From Octopus bimaculoides (lineage: Eukaryota): DNA of 64,000 nucleotides. Both the position numbers and the translations under genes were made by a program. The notes under the pieces were generated by a model. The model was not told where the DNA came from and made no database searches. It saw only the letters and a program-made list of their open reading frames with translations. This document shows positions 22,141 to 35,580 of this stretch, piece after piece. The DNA lies in assembly GCF_001194135.2 (NCBI RefSeq), contig NC_068984.1, positions 19,686,496 to 19,750,495 of the forward strand, in the 5' to 3' direction. Each line of letters opens with the position of its first letter. Position 1 is the first letter of the stretch.

Positions 22141-24315
22141 GTCTATTTGCTGTGAAGAGTGAAAAGGTTTGATACTCTGGACACACGTATGGTCAAGTAA
22201 CAGCCAGTAGAATTAAAAAACATAAAGCAAAAACAAAATGATGTGTAAAGGCTAAAAGGTAAGAACTTTTGGACCTTTTGACTTCCTTCAGCTATAACAT
22301 GCTCTCTCTGTTGAAGGACTTATGTAATACAGTTCCATTCATCACAGCAATCAAAGGTATAGAACATTCTTAGATTTTGTAACCATTTATAACGGAAGCA
22401 CTAGGCCTAAAATTTTGGAGGAAGGGATTAAGTCGATTACATCGACCCCAGTATGTAACTGGTACTAACTTTATCACCACCAAAAGGCTGAAAGGCAAAG
22501 CTGACCTCAGAAGAATTCGAACTCAAACCTAATGGTAGACAAAATACCGTTAAGCATTTCACACAGTGGGCTAACAATTTCTGCCAGCTCACCACCTTAA
22601 TATAATATAATTATATAAAATAATATAATAAATGTGAATGTCAGTGTGTCACACTTTTTCAATTTTACTCTTAGAGGCCATAACCCAACATATCATATCA
22701 TTTTGGAATCAAGCTGACACACCGTGAGTATATTTAAAACATTCCCGGCCAAATCCAGACCCGCAGTTGTGAAATTTTGGATTCCCAAGTTTACATTTAC
22801 TGTGATTGTTTTTGGTGATTTTTCTTTATGTGACTCTTTGCGACAAATTTTTTTGTACAATAACAATTTTTATAATCTAAAGGCTAACTCCATGAATAAA
22901 TTAAAAACATTCTGGGCTGAATCTGGATCTGCAATCCTGAAATCTTGGATTCCTATGTTTTCATTATTGAGATTGTTTACAGCAATTTTTTTTACATGAT
23001 TTTTTGCGACAAATACAATCATCATTAGGATATAACTCTGGAGGAAGCAATTGCAACACATTCTCCAAAACAAGTCTGTTTGTAGATTTTCCTATTCGGG
23101 GTCAGTTGCTTAAAAGCTATACACTAGCTTCAAAGCTGCCCTATTGTGCAACTTTTAAGTTAGTATACACACACGTGTATATGCATACAAGGATATATTT
23201 TTTATTGACAAATGTCAATGACATACATGCAGATGATGATGCATACAAGGATATATTTTTTATTGACAAATGTCAATGACATACATGCAGATGATGATGT
23301 ATGTACATATATATATATATATATGCATTATACATATATGTGTTTGTGTGTGTTTTTTGTACAATTTTGAACTATATTTTATATATAGTTCAAAATTATA
23401 AAAATAAAATGCATACACACACACACATTTTATACATATATACATTTTTATACATATACACACATTTTTATGCATATATATATATATATATATATATATA
23501 ATGCACACACACACAAATATATATATATTTTAATGTACATATATCATCATTTCATATACATGTGTGCTATTGACACCTGTCAATAGGAATGTGATATCCT
23601 TGTATTATTTATACAATGTGATATACTTATATATATATATATTCCCAAATAGTTAGAGAGAAAGAAAAAGCTTTTTAACTGCTCTCCTCTCTATATATGT
23701 GTGTGTGTGTGTGTGTTTCATGACAACACAAGCCACAATGAAGGAATGCAGAAGTGTTACATACAATAAGTAGGAAGTATAACAGAGAATTCAAACTAGT
23801 CTCAAAACCTACGCAGGCAACAACTAAACCATATGGTTTACTATGCAATACTACTTCACTGAACAGTAGTATTATGTTGTCAATCTTCTACAACAGATTT
23901 GGATTTAATAAAACAAGTATGAAACATATAAAGGAGATCCATATAAAGGAGATCATTCATTTGACTGTAACATATCTTTACAAATGTCTGTCTGCTCTGA
24001 TAAAAGAAACCCTTGTTAAACTACACAAAATTTACAATATCCACAATAAATATTTTACTATAAATGCAGACATCATTACTAGAGCTGTGTGAGCTGTGAT
24101 GGATGCGTAGTTAAAAGGTTTGCTTCACTGCATTGTTATTTTGTTTTAGGGGGGGGGGGGGTTCATCCTGTTATTTGGCACTCTTGGACAAGTTCCTTCT
24201 ACTATAGCCATGGAGTGAATCATACCTTGTCAATAGAATTGAACTTGGTAGATAGAAGCTGGTGAAAGGACACAATACATACACACACACACACACTTTC
24301 TCTCTCTCTCTCAAA

Positions 24316-24348
<33 letters not shown>

Positions 24349-24466
24349 TAGATAGATAGATAGATATATAGATAGATAGATAGATAGACAGACATAGAGA
24401 GAGAGAAAGAGATAGATATGTACATGCATGTACATCAATATTTAAACACACACACTCATACGTGTG

Positions 24467-24516
<50 letters not shown>

Positions 24517-24814
24517 CGTGCGTGCGTGTGCGTGTGTGTGTGCACGTGTTTGCCACAACAACATTGAGTATAAATAGTGTTGTGTTAAGAAGGTAACTTA
24601 ACTTATCAACAAACAGAAATGGATGAAAGAAGAATCATATTAAAATATGTTCTGTGGGGTGGGGCTGATATAATTGACTAAAATCCTTGAAATTGGTGGG
24701 CCCACCAAGGTCACACAGTACAAGAAGTGAAACTAACTAAAGAATAAAAGAATATGGCTCATCTTCCCACCAACAACTTTGGTTGACTTTTTGAATTCAA
24801 TATCTGTACCACTC

Positions 24815-24903
24815 AAAAAATTTTGTTGTGCTCAGAATTGTTAAAACGTGGAATAAATTTCCTACATCAAGTTTAGTTGTCAAGATACCACATCCTTTAA
24901 AAA
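24815..24903 (+). mobile_element. CR1/L2-type LINE C-terminal remnant
   Basis: NF..LRIVKTWNKFPTS resembles the CR1-group F..RVV..WN.LP motif. Short and decayed. Confidence 0.4.
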
Positions 24904-25306
24904 TTCCTGAAATTCACCAAAACTAATCCTGAGGTGCCGATGTACCCTTTTCTCTTAATAGTTCTTTCATCCTTTTACTCTTTCACTTGCTTCAGTCATT
25001 TGACTGCGACCATACTAGAGCACTGCCTTGAAAGATTTTAGTCAAATGAATTGACCCCGGAACTTTTTTTTAAGCCTAGTACTTATTTTATCGGTCTCCT
25101 TTGCTGAAGTGCTAAGTTACAGGGACATAAACACACTAACAGTGGTGATGGGGGGACAAACACAGACATAATGACATATATACATACATATATATATATA
25201 GATTCAAGGTTGAATATGGTACTTATGCGTAGGCACCCGAATATCGTATTCCAAAATGGATAGGTGATCAAAAAATCAAAAAATAAGCAACACGGATTTC
25301 AAAGGT

Positions 25307-25365
<59 letters not shown>

Positions 25366-26160
25366 GACAGGCTTCTTTCAGTTTGCATCTACCAAATCCA
25401 CTGACAAGGCTTTTGGTTGGCCCACAGATATATTAGAAGACACTTACCGAAAGTGCTACACAGTGGGACTGAACCCAGAACCATGTGGTTGGGAAGCAAG
25501 CTTCTTACCACACAGTCACTCTCCACTTTTTCTGTCTTTCTTGTGTTTTATCCTGTGTACTATGCATGAACTTTTAGCTTTCATTGCTATATTCCTTTAC
25601 ACAATTTATTGCTTTTTCTGTCCCTTTTAAAACTCTTTTTGCAATGAGTTGTAGCCCACCTGAGTTTGTCATTACAATATAGTATACAATGCTACATTGC
25701 ACTATGTCCAGTCATACTATCTAAAATCATACTTGCAGTGTTAGAAATAAACCAGAGATATTTTAATTATATGCTAGATAAAGCACGTTTGACATCTCAA
25801 CAAATACTAAATCTTACTAAATTAATACACTGGAATTCAGCAGAACGATGCAATTTACTGAATGTCCAATATTAGTTGCTAGAGAAGTCATAAATCTTTA
25901 TCAAAATGCATGATGGCTGACATAAGAATAGAATATCACTATCTGAAATGGTGAACTGGCAGAGTTATCAGAGTGTTGGAGTTAACGTCCTGTGGCATTT
26001 GTATCAGTTCATGGCACTCTGAGGTATAACTACAGATTGGTACCCCATATCATCACCACCACCACTACTACCACTTTTTACCTCATGACATTCTGAAATA
26101 TGCATACTTTTTAATAACATTTTGTAGAGCTATGTTTTCAGGAGTGTAAATTACAATTTT

Positions 26161-26560
26161 CATCATCATTTAGCATCCATTTTTCCATGCTTTCACAGGT
26201 CAGATGGAATTTACTGAGTCAGATTTTATACAGCTGGATGCTTTTCCTGTTGCTAACCCTCACTTATTTCCAAGCAAAGCAATATTTCCCTATGGAAACA
26301 AACAACATCGCTTACATGACAGTGGTACGAATCTACAATCATCACAATGTCAAGACAAGAATGTACACACACACACACACACACACAGAGTAAGCTTCTC
26401 TCAGTTTTTGTCTACCCAATCCACTCACAAGGCTTTGTTAAGTCCAGCGATGGGATACAGCAGAAGACATTTGCCCAAGGTGCTGTGAGGTGAGACTGAA
26501 CTCAAGACCACATGGTTTAAAAGCAAACTTCTTAGCCACACAGTCACAGCTGCACCATAA
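26161..26560 (-). mobile_element. SINE-B2 second copy
   Basis: B head, then (TG)n, then B2 body and tail. Body-only copies at about 38300-38520(+) and 61145-61320(-). Confidence 0.7.
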
Positions 26561-28286
26561 CCAAACTGATAAAATTTAAGGAAAAAAAAAATTGGGGGGG
26601 TGGGGACTTTTATCTTCTCTCACCAACTTTACCATTACCAAGTTTTGTAATTTTAATATTTGTTGCTTTTTTTTTCCAGATTTATGTTTGAAGAATCAAT
26701 GTTGCATAGTCTACACTTGCAAAAACATATTTCTGCAAAATATCGTTTGAAAATATGCATTTTATAGAGTTATGAGGAAACAAAGTCAGGAGGGGGTAAA
26801 TATGATTCAAAACTTTAATGTTTTCAACATATCTGTCATCTACATCCTCAAACACATATCTCTACAAAATTTCATTAGAAAATATTTAGTTCTCAGAATG
26901 TTATGAGGTAACATATTCAGCAGGGTGGGGGTACCAAACTGTAGTTGTGCCCATGTCGTCATCGACATTATCTAGTGCCCGTTATCCATGCTCTAAGCTG
27001 GAGGGCTGCACCAGGTTCCAATCCTATTTGGCATGGTTTCTATGGCTGGATGCCCTTCCTAACGTCAACCACTCCAAAAGTGTAATGGGTACGATTTATG
27101 TGCCACCAATATGGGTGCCAGTTCCATGACATCAGCATCGGCCATGACTATGATTTCATTTGGTTTGGCAGGTCTTTTCAAGCACGGCATATCACCATAG
27201 GTCTTGGTCACTTATCATTGCCTCTGTGAGGCCCAACATTCGAAAGGTGCTTTTTACATGCCACTTATGTGATGACAGCATCAGCCATGACTACAATTTC
27301 ACTGAGCTTCAAATCCTGTACAAGATTGACCCTTTCATGGTCAATAAATAAAATATCAGTCCAGGGATATGGGTTATAGGTTGGTGAAACTGTTGGAGTA
27401 TCAAGTTAGATGGTTCATACTACAGAAAGGACATACTTGATTATACAGTCTAGAACATATAAAAAGATGGAATGGTCATGGGTAGAATGATTTTGATCAT
27501 AATTCTACTCTATCAGGGTTCACCTATCAAGTTCCATTATGCTTCATGGATAGTTGTTAAAAATATATCCCACTACAAAACCAGTTACTCCCACAATATG
27601 TAAATATTAATTTTGTAAGAAAGCCAACCCACCTACATTAATGTGAGAAAATGGTTATGAAATAAATAAATAATAGATCAGAATAAAAAAAAAATCATTA
27701 ACAGCTTGCATACATACATTTGTACTCTCACAAGCAAAATTCTAAAGAGATGTGTTGTATGCATGAACACACACAAAACATATAATGTAGTAGCTTATTT
27801 TAATTGATTTCTTACATAGGCACAAGGACCCGAATTTGGAAGGGGAAGGATATAAATCAATTATATCGACCCCAGTATTTGAGATAATTGACTAACCCAT
27901 CCCCACAAGTTTCTGGCCCCGTGCCTATGCTAGAAATTATAGATTTTTTTTTTCTAATTAGCCACTAAACATGTAAAAGCTGAACAAACTAATGAATCAT
28001 GAGTAACATTCAACATTTGTATCACTGTACTCTGTGTGTGTCCCTTCCCATCTAATAAAGCAACTTGACTATGCAGACAATCCTATTATAGTTTTTGAAT
28101 TTTCTTCATGCATGGTGTTTTTGATCTACAATGTTGATATACTTGTTTTTCTTCTTCTGTCCACTTTTTATCATTCGCTCCTGCCCCAATATTCCAGCTG
28201 TGACCATCTTTTGTTGTGTTTTTTCTAACGTATTACTTTTAGAAAAAAAGCTTGCTAGTACCAGGAGCTAGTGAGTTTACTGCTAG

Positions 28287-28560
28287 CCAGCTGAAGTATG
28301 CTGCTGGAGGCTCATGGGGCAATCCCTCAATAAAGTTCTGACTAGACTTGGAGTTACTGGTGCAAGATGAATGCTGGAACCATGCATTCCATCACTGAAG
28401 CCAAAGAGAAAGCTACTACATGATTCAGAATATAAAGGATAGATCCTTGGTTTGTTGCTGCCTGGAGTTACCAACTTTGGTTGGGATCTGATGTTGAAGA
28501 GACCCAAAAACCCCTCTAACCCATAAAAAACAGCAGTGGTGATGCATTCTAGATCATCCA
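28287..28560 (+). mobile_element. HERO-like RLE LINE 3' remnant
   Basis: PAEVCCWRLMGQSLNKVLTRLGVTGAR* then (frameshift) HSITEAKEKATT*FRI*RIDPW. This resembles the EVGCRGF.G.SL..VL..LG.TG...EAAEKA.RWLWIKR.DPW C-terminus I recall for HERO elements. Confidence 0.6.
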
Positions 28561-29603
28561 TGAAACCTAATAATAACTGAGCTTTCCAACATGTTTATTT
28601 ATCTCTCTTTTTAAGATGAGTAGAAAGTAAATAGAATTATGAACCTTCTTCACTGTATATTGACTATAGAAAATAGTCTAATATTAGGACACATTAGCCC
28701 CTGTAGTGAAAAAAAAATGAACAATTGAGCTTATATGCCCTAATATAAGACTACTTTGTAAAGTCAATATATGGTGATAGCTCATAATTCTATTTAGAAA
28801 ATTTCACTCACTGCCATTTCCTAATTCATGCAAAATTTGCATACGAGTAGAAAGTAATTTGAGAGAGATTTGGCCGATAAAGATACCAGATCAACTGAAC
28901 CACATTGTGACTTCTTTTCTGTTTCATGACACTCCCAACAGATACATGCACAACACTGCAGAACATTCCTATAATACCATCCTAAAATCACTTCCGATTA
29001 ACCTAAACAAACTGAAAATACACACCCACACCCACATAAATAATAACAATAACTTTGTAGCCAACAAATACTCTACTGAGAAATCCACCACCAATGGTAA
29101 GTACTAAGGAACAAATATTATACTCCAGCCAAGTCCACAGTACCCGTGTCTCAAAATATGTGGTCATTCGAGCTGCTAGAAATAGCAGCGAAATTTCTTT
29201 CAAATACATTGTACCATTTTAAATAAAATAACAAATAAAGATTATAATAATAATAATAATGATGATCTTTTCTACTAAAGGTACACAGCCTGAAATTTCA
29301 GGGAAGGAGCTAATTGATTACAGCGACCCCAGTGCTCAGCTGGTACTTATTCCATTGACTGCCAAAAATATGAAATGCAAAGTCAACCTCAGCAGAATTT
29401 GAACACATACATATACATATACAACGGGCTTCTTTCAGTTTCCATCTACCAAATCCACTTACGAGGCTTTGGTTGGCCCAAGGCTACAGTAGAAGATACT
29501 TGCGCAAGGTGACCATACAGTGAGACTGAACCCACCAGAACCATGTGGTTGGAAATCAAGCTTCTTACCACACAGCTATACCTGCGCCTATATATATATA
29601 TAT

Positions 29604-30130
29604 NNNNNNNNNNNNNNNNNNNNNNNNNNNNNNNNNNNNNNNNNNNNNNNNNNNNNNNNNNNNNNNNNNNNNNNNNNNNNNNNNNNNNNNNNNNNNNNNN
29701 NNNNNNNNNNNNNNNNNNNNNNNNNNNNNNNNNNNNNNNNNNNNNNNNNNNNNNNNNNNNNNNNNNNNNNNNNNNNNNNNNNNNNNNNNNNNNNNNNNNN
29801 NNNNNNNNNNNNNNNNNNNNNNNNNNNNNNNNNNNNNNNNNNNNNNNNNNNNNNNNNNNNNNNNNNNNNNNNNNNNNNNNNNNNNNNNNNNNNNNNNNNN
29901 NNNNNNNNNNNNNNNNNNNNNNNNNNNNNNNNNNNNNNNNNNNNNNNNNNNNNNNNNNNNNNNNNNNNNNNNNNNNNNNNNNNNNNNNNNNNNNNNNNNN
30001 NNNNNNNNNNNNNNNNNNNNNNNNNNNNNNNNNNNNNNNNNNNNNNNNNNNNNNNNNNNNNNNNNNNNNNNNNNNNNNNNNNNNNNNNNNNNNNNNNNNN
30101 NNNNNNNNNNNNNNNNNNNNNNNNNNNNNN
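29604..30130. other. Assembly gap
   Basis: N run. Other sizeable gaps at about 34781-34964, 37715-37851, 42507-42595, 47999-48459, 49180-49353, 53717-53924, 56207-56274 and 57027-57460. Nearly all abut microsatellites. Confidence 0.99.
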
Positions 30131-30564
30131 AGAGAGAGAGAGAGAGAGAGAAAGAGAGTACTAGATCTGTTGGTTACAATGACTAGTTCAACTGATTTCA
30201 AATGTATTAGTTGCTTAATTGACAATCAGAAAGCATCTATGGGCTCATTAAACCTGTAAGAAATAGCAGCTAAATTTCTCACTCAAATCACATCCTACCA
30301 TCTTAAAAAAAGAAGGCCTTATTAGATAATGCAGTCTTAGATATTCCCCTAAAGATAAGATGGTTGCGGCTGGAATATCTTTGATCACAGTTCTTCTGGA
30401 TCAGGGCAGATCACCCGTGGCAACGCAATAACAACTGATTAACAATGATTAACAATGTGCTATAGATAAGTGAGAATGGTCGGTGCTGATTGGGTTAGAG
30501 AACAGCAATTACAATTACTAAAATATTTATGAGAGACACAGGAGAAAAACCAGATGATTCTTAC

Positions 30565-30705
30565 CTTTTTCACTTCTAGGTCTTTTTGTGCCAGGTCATG
30601 GCCACCACCAACTGGTTCCTTTTCAAGTTCCATTTCTGCTTTGTTTAAGTTCTCCAAAACTTGAAATTTCTGTTCCTCATAGTACTTCCAATCATGAGCA
30701 GTTTT
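30565..30705 (-). CDS. Internal exon B (47 codons, phase 0/0), spectrin-repeat protein
   Basis: Acceptor TTTTTCACCAG| and donor |GTAAGA. Translation: KTAHDWKYYEEQKFQVLENLNKAEMELEKEPVGGGHDLAQKDLEVKK. The W-to-W spacing across the A/B junction is 21 aa, the same as inside exon D. Confidence 0.9.
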
Positions 30706-31725
30706 CTGGTGAAAAACATTAACAAAAAACGTAAAACGAATCTATCACAATCATAACATAATATTTTGGCTGAATTTTGTTTTCACCAAACAACAAAAGA
30801 GTTTGTTCAACAGCTGTTGTCATTATGATAACAAAGAATTTACAACAGGTAAGTTAAGTGGTGTTACTACCCCGATACTTACCTCTCTTTATGCATGCAT
30901 GGTAAACACACATACAAACATTGGGACAGATATACACATACATTCAAATATACATTACAAGAATTTTAGAAATTATTGATTCACATTTGAAAAAGAGAAA
31001 TTTAGTTAATACCATGAAAAAATGCATCTGGGACACTCAGTAAAGTAGTTGGCAAATATATAAAGACAACAAAAGTAAAGTACTTTTCAGACAAGAACCT
31101 CTTACATGCTGGTAGCATGGCATAATGCACCCAGTACACTCTGTAAAATGATAGGTAAATGAATGAAAGTATATGGAGTATAGAGGACCTTATATCAAGG
31201 ACAGAGCAGACTCTTTAAGGATAAAATGCAATCACTGCATTCTATAAAATGGTCAAAGAAGGTCATCCAACTATAGAAATCATATCAAAAATGGAATATA
31301 CAAATGAGAAGTATTCTTGCAATTTATCTAAGGAAGGTAGATATAACCAATATTGTTGATGCTGATGATCTAATTAGGGGGAGAATTGAACATGAATCCA
31401 CATGGATGGGAGGTAAACTGTATCCTATGTTTTTGTGTTAGCTGTGTGATACAACCCCTTTTTAAGTTATCTCTACAAATTTTCTATAGAATTTAGAGCC
31501 AGTACTGAAAGTTACATTCCATATATGAATATGTCGATGTAAACAATGTGACTGAAAATAGAAAGCATAGATAATAGATGAATATGCATGTTTCGGGAGT
31601 TATTGCTCCTTTCCAAACACCACATCCAACCCATTAACCATCCGTAAACACATAGCTTTTATATTCCTGAAATATGCTGATACACCCATTACCAATTTTC
31701 TTTATCTTCAATCACATTATTTGCA

Positions 31726-32149
31726 TACTCTTACTCTTTTACTTGTTTCAGTCATTTGACTGCGGCCATGCTGGAGCACCACCTTTAGTCGAAGAAATCA
31801 ACCCCAGGACTTATTCTTTGTAAGCCTAGTACATATTCTATCGGTCTTTTTTGCCGAACTGCTAAGTTACGGGGACGTAAACACACTAGCATCGGTTGTC
31901 AAGCGATGTTGGGGGACAAACACAGACACACAAACATACACACACACACACACAAACACACACACAGATATATATATACATATATACGACGGGCTTCTTT
32001 CAGTTTCCATCTACCAAATCCACTCACAAGGCTTTGGTCAGCCCAAAGCTATAGTAGAAGAAACTTGCCCAAATTGCCATGGAGTGGGACTGGACCCAGA
32101 ACCATGTGGTTGGTAAGCAAGCTACTTACCACACAGGCACTCCTGCATA
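31726..32149 (-). mobile_element. SINE-B1, near full length
   Basis: Collinear with 6278-6692 along the head, microsatellite and tail. Confidence 0.85.
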
Positions 32150-32825
32150 GATGTATTCATATAAGAAATACCCTAAGTTTCAGTGCTGGCTCTAAATTCT
32201 ACAGAAAATCTGTAGAGATACTTAAAAAGTAGTCTACATGAACATGTTGAAAAAAAAAAAACTACATATTTTTATTAACCTGGACACTTGAAAGTCTCTT
32301 AGACAAATAAAGGAATCATTGTTGTTGATGAATTAGCACAATGCTTAGAGAATTGGTCAAAATGCTTTGCAGTATTTAGATCTCCCTTTAATTTCGGAGC
32401 TGAACTCCCATCATCGGAACCAACCGTGGTTCTCATTCTTCCAGAATCATTTAACTCCGAAGCATTCACATTACTCTGTCACATGTAATGATCATTCATT
32501 CACATTGTTTTGAAATAATCATGTACTAACTCGATCTCTGACACTTCAACGATGCAATTGATTATCTTTAGAATGATATTGTAGGGTAAGTGTGAGAGGC
32601 CAGATCTGGCTGGTTCGAACATTAACCAGGTAGAATATTCAGGCCAGACTTGGTAGTTTAAATGCTAGAGAGTAAAATAAGCACCAGTAAAGTACAGCAA
32701 TCCCTCAACTATCACAGATATTGTGTTCCAAAATCCACGAAGTAGAAACAGTACTGTACTGTATATTTTTATTTTTATTTTTATAATTTGTATATATTTA
32801 TTTTATTATAAATGTAAATCAATGC

Positions 32826-32941
32826 CACAAACTCTTCCAGTTCCAAGCAATGCGGATTTTTGTAGGTGTTCTACCTTTACACTTGCACCAATCTTTTTCA
32901 GCCATGTTGGTAGTTGATTGCTGATACTTCGAAGAGCACCA

Positions 32942-32945
<4 letters not shown>
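32826..32945 (-). mobile_element. RLE LINE fragment (family B)
   Basis: IIIGALRSISNQLPTWLKKIGASVKVEHLQKSALLGTGR resembles the IIGALG...LQK..LLGTAR C-terminus of R4-type elements. Confidence 0.7.
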
Positions 32946-32985
<40 letters not shown>

Positions 32986-33037
32986 CATTATTATCATCAT
33001 CATCATCATCATCATCATCATTATCATCATTATTATT

Positions 33038-33551
33038 CAGTAGACTTACTTTATTGCATGCTTTCACTGCACTTCTGAGTACAGCTCTGTGTGTCTTGGA
33101 TATGTGGTATACTTTGTTTAGGTGTTGTTATGTTTAGCGTATTGAAAGTGCTTTATATTATATAAGATGTTTTCGATGCTTAGCAGTGTTATTTACCGTA
33201 TGTTATATATATTCACAAGTCTTGAATTTTTGTTATGTGTTTGTATGTTTTTTTTTATCATACTTATACCTATAGGGATTGTTTCTGTCTTCAGGTTCCA
33301 CATTCAACTTATCTCTGTTTCCAGATCTTTGCATTTCAACAGTTTCTATTTCTTTTAGAGAGAGACAGTCATGTGTTGGAACTGAAATGTCAATTAGGAG
33401 GTATTGTTTCTCTAAAATGTCCTTGATAACAATATCTGGCCAATTAGCCTTGATCTCCCTATTTGTATTATTAGCCTATCCCAGAGTCTGATTGTTTTGT
33501 CATTTTCCGAAACCTTCTCTGGTGTATATCAATACCATCTTTTTCCTGTGC
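33038..33551 (-). mobile_element. R4/Dong-like RLE LINE 3' fragment (family A)
   Basis: Frameshifted WY*YTPEKVSENDKTIRLWD...REIKANWPDIVIKDILEKQYLLIDISVPT...KDLETEIS*MWNLKTETIPI, containing the RLE PDIV motif. (AAT)n on both sides. Confidence 0.85.
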
Positions 33552-34732
33552 TATTATTATTTCTTTTGAAAGCTGACAGAATATCTGTAACTTAATAGTG
33601 TTAGGGGTCAAAAATTACACCAAGGAATAAGAAATTTTTAAATACCCTACCCTAACACAAAAAATATATATAAATACAAATATATATCTGGTTACTCCCA
33701 ACCACGATAAATCTTTAAATGGTAAATAATAATGGAAACAACAACAACTATGGCCATCAATTTATACAATGGCATAATGACATGAATCACCAATTTAGAA
33801 GCCCTCACAAGACAAACAGGATGGTGAAATAAATCTGCTTTTATAAAACTTACATTGTTAGCTTTCAATGACAAAGTAGATTGTAAGAAATGAAGTTATA
33901 TAGAATAAGATTATCTTTTATATTCTGATATCAAGGCATTATTGTCTACAAACCTACTCGCTCTACTGAAGAGAAATCTTTGGGTACATGTGTATTGTGC
34001 GTGTTCATTTAGATAACTCTAAACACCTCAGTGCATGTACACACACACACACACATATACACAGGAATCTGTGTGTGCATGTGTAATGTATGTTGCTTAT
34101 TCAGATAGCTCTAAACCCCAGTGCATGCACATGCACAGACACACACACACACATACATGTGTGTGTACATATAGATATCGCATGTGCAATGCATGTGCTC
34201 ATTCATATAACACTAAACTCCAGTGCAAGCACACACACACACACACACATATGCACACACACATACACACACACATATGCACACACTCACATACACATAT
34301 GCACACACAGTCACACAAAGGAATCTATGGGCGTGTGTGAAATGCATGAGCTAATACAGATAGTTCTAAACTCCAGCACAAGCAAACACACACACACACA
34401 TACATACATGCATACATGCATACATACATACATACATACATACATACATACATACATTCACACACACCACATACGCACACACACATGTATACACAAAACA
34501 CTAACTTTTCATGAACTAGCCACTGAATTGAAAGAAATCCAATCGTTACCATTCTTTCACTGATGAAACAATGAACCATTTCCTATTTTTACATCAAAGA
34601 CAACATGATATATGCAGGTAGAGTAACAAAACATTTCAATGGGAAATATTGTTCCAGTATTATATAACCTTCATTTTTTTGTAGTTTATTGTTGTTTTTC
34701 TTTAATATTTCTTTGTTTTATTTTTATTATTA

Positions 34733-34780
<48 letters not shown>

Positions 34781-35022
34781 NNNNNNNNNNNNNNNNNNNN
34801 NNNNNNNNNNNNNNNNNNNNNNNNNNNNNNNNNNNNNNNNNNNNNNNNNNNNNNNNNNNNNNNNNNNNNNNNNNNNNNNNNNNNNNNNNNNNNNNNNNNN
34901 NNNNNNNNNNNNNNNNNNNNNNNNNNNNNNNNNNNNNNNNNNNNNNNNNNNNNNNNNNNNNNNNCAATGTAATCAATTAAACCCCTTCCAAACTGTCAAG
35001 TCCTGAGCCTATAGTAGAAAGG

Positions 35023-35055
<33 letters not shown>

Positions 35056-35399
35056 CCTCTCTAAGTGTAGACCTGTGAGTTGGAGAGAAAGAATTGGAGA
35101 AGGCACTTGCTCCTAGAGTTTCAGGGAAATCTCAGACAGTGGGGTTCTTCAATTATTCCTAGAGGTGTTCCTGTATCAGGAGTACCACATCTCTATCATC
35201 CTCCCCTCCTTTTTTCTTCTTTTTTTTTTACCTTTGTATGCTATACATATGTCCCTTCTTTTCCAGTGTATACTATGTATACCTACGTTTTTTCATCATT
35301 TCATTATTATATGTAAACCACCACATTTTATGTCTGTCTCTGTATTGTCTCCCTCATCCTTCGCCCTTGAGGCAAATAAATGAAATCATTATCGTATTA

Positions 35400-35431
<32 letters not shown>

Positions 35432-35433
<2 letters not shown>

Positions 35434-35580
35434 ATAGTCTTATTTTTATCAAGTGTTTTCACTGAATTACCAAATGCAGCTGTGTGTGCCTTGGGTATGT
35501 GGTGTGATTTGTTGTGGTGTTCTTAATTTCACTGTATTGAAAGTGAAAATAAGAACACTACAACAAACTACAGCACATAC
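35432..35580 (-). mobile_element. Family-A 3' fragment with a fold-back inversion
   Basis: 3' end homologous to 20153 and 33038. A 38-bp inverted repeat at 35495-35532 / 35543-35580. Confidence 0.75.

Noticed and set aside
22730-23015. Diverged approximately 170-bp tandem pairs (also about 13060-13270, 26727-26910 and 46398-46615)
   Set aside because: Real but old two-unit duplications, probably decayed TE interiors. I could not assign a family or function.
29446-30259. ORFs over 200 aa containing X runs (also near 34.7, 37.7, 48.0, 53.7 and 57.0 kb)
   Set aside because: Artefacts of translating through N gaps.
32693-32758. TA-CAGCAATCCCTC Tigger-like terminus
   Set aside because: No convincing matching opposite end and too short to call.
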